Positions 63,312-64,000 of a stretch of DNA of 64,000 nt are shown one piece after another. The stretch comes from a virus (taxonomy: Duplodnaviria; Caudoviricetes), in IMG/VR virus record IMGVR_UViG_3300023218_000040, positions 64,001 through 128,000 of that record. One strand, given 5' to 3'. A program made the translations under genes and the position numbers. The notes under the pieces are model-generated. The model saw nothing but the letters and a program-made list of their open reading frames with translations. It ran no database searches and had not been told where the DNA came from. Within the stretch, counting starts at the first letter, position 1. Each line of letters opens with the position of its first letter.

Positions 63312-63897
63312 TTCCGAACAGTTACAGACAGCGACACATACTGCCATTCAGATGTTTGGCTGGAGCCATAACAATCAAATCGGTCTTTCCCATCGTCCTG
63401 GTAGCTCCGAAGTCTATTCATCAGAACGAGTACATGGGGAGTGCATTCGAGCCGGTTTCAAAGATGGTAAGAAAGTTTTGGAAGACCGAGAGATTTCCGA
63501 GTTCAATAGTGAGTTCCGCAACACTTACTTTTTTGACGTATGGGAAGGAATGTTTACTTGGAGTCAAATGACCTACGGATACGGTATCTGTAGGATGCGA
63601 TTGATGATGCTTCCTCCAATGTCCACAATCAGCTTTCACCGTGATTTCGAGGACCGCTTCCACGTCGCAATTCTTACCAATCCGTACGCTTTCATCCTGG
63701 AGGGAGGACAGGACTACAATATCGATGACGATGGTCGCCTTGAACCTCAGCTAGAAAGTTACCATATTCCTGATGACGGATATGTATACAAACTTGATGG
63801 GTACAAGAGGCATTGCGCCATGAATGGCCACGGGAATATGGAAAGAATCCACCTTGTGGCGTCCTTGGCTAGACCAGTCGATGAGAGCAGACGTTGA
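63283..63897 (+). CDS. Aspartyl/asparaginyl beta-hydroxylase-like 2OG-Fe(II) oxygenase
   Basis: RMRLMML.P...ISFHRD, RFHVAILTNP, HIPDDG.VY, HCAMNG..RIHLV. Confidence 0.75.
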   Translation: MMKNQNLQFDSEQLQTATHTAIQMFGWSHNNQIGLSHRPGSSEVYSSERVHGECIRAGFKDGKKVLEDREISEFNSEFRNTYFFDVWEGMFTWSQMTYGYGICRMRLMMLPPMSTISFHRDFEDRFHVAILTNPYAFILEGGQDYNIDDDGRLEPQLESYHIPDDGYVYKLDGYKRHCAMNGHGNMERIHLVASLARPVDESRR

Positions 63898-64000
63898 TCT
63901 TACAGCATGGTCCCATGGCCAAATAATGGCCAAGCTTTGGCTCGTCCGAAATCTGGAGCGTCTGTATCAAACTAAAGAACCTCTCAAAATTGCCATCTAC

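Noticed and set aside
1-64000. Stop-codon reassignment, as seen in some jumbo phages
   Set aside because: Genes are intact under the standard code and TAA, TAG and TGA all end real genes.
1-64000. tRNA, rRNA or CRISPR arrays
   Set aside because: No cloverleaf or repeat-spacer pattern seen; intergenic gaps are short. Inspection was by eye only.

Overview
64-kb segment of a large T4-superfamily (jumbo-type) myophage genome, probably infecting an alphaproteobacterium (inferred from an RpoH-like sigma gene and alphaproteobacterial-type promoter motifs). Left part, mostly minus strand: gp20-like portal, tape-measure candidate, and a gp26-like tail chaperone with a probable -1 frameshift. Next comes a nucleotide/recombination block: thyX with two inteins, a 2OG-Fe(II) oxygenase, dNMP kinase, RuvC, gp46 with a class-3-type intein, gp47, and a gp55 late sigma factor split by an intein. 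Centre, plus strand: baseplate/tail operon (tube-initiator-like, gp53-, hub-, gp5/lysozyme-, gp25-, gp6-like, a 3426-aa baseplate protein, fibre proteins) interrupted by an rpoH-like gene, an amidoligase moron and a Hef/Mom-like element. Right: a glycan-tailoring cluster with 4 glycosyltransferase-like genes, radical SAM, 2 SGNH proteins, an unannotated 35-aa FIY peptide, a carbamoyltransferase, an AAA ATPase and an AspH-like hydroxylase. Three promoter classes can be read from the sequence. I saw no tRNA, rRNA or CRISPR array. All family assignments come from motif recognition by eye; no database searches were run.
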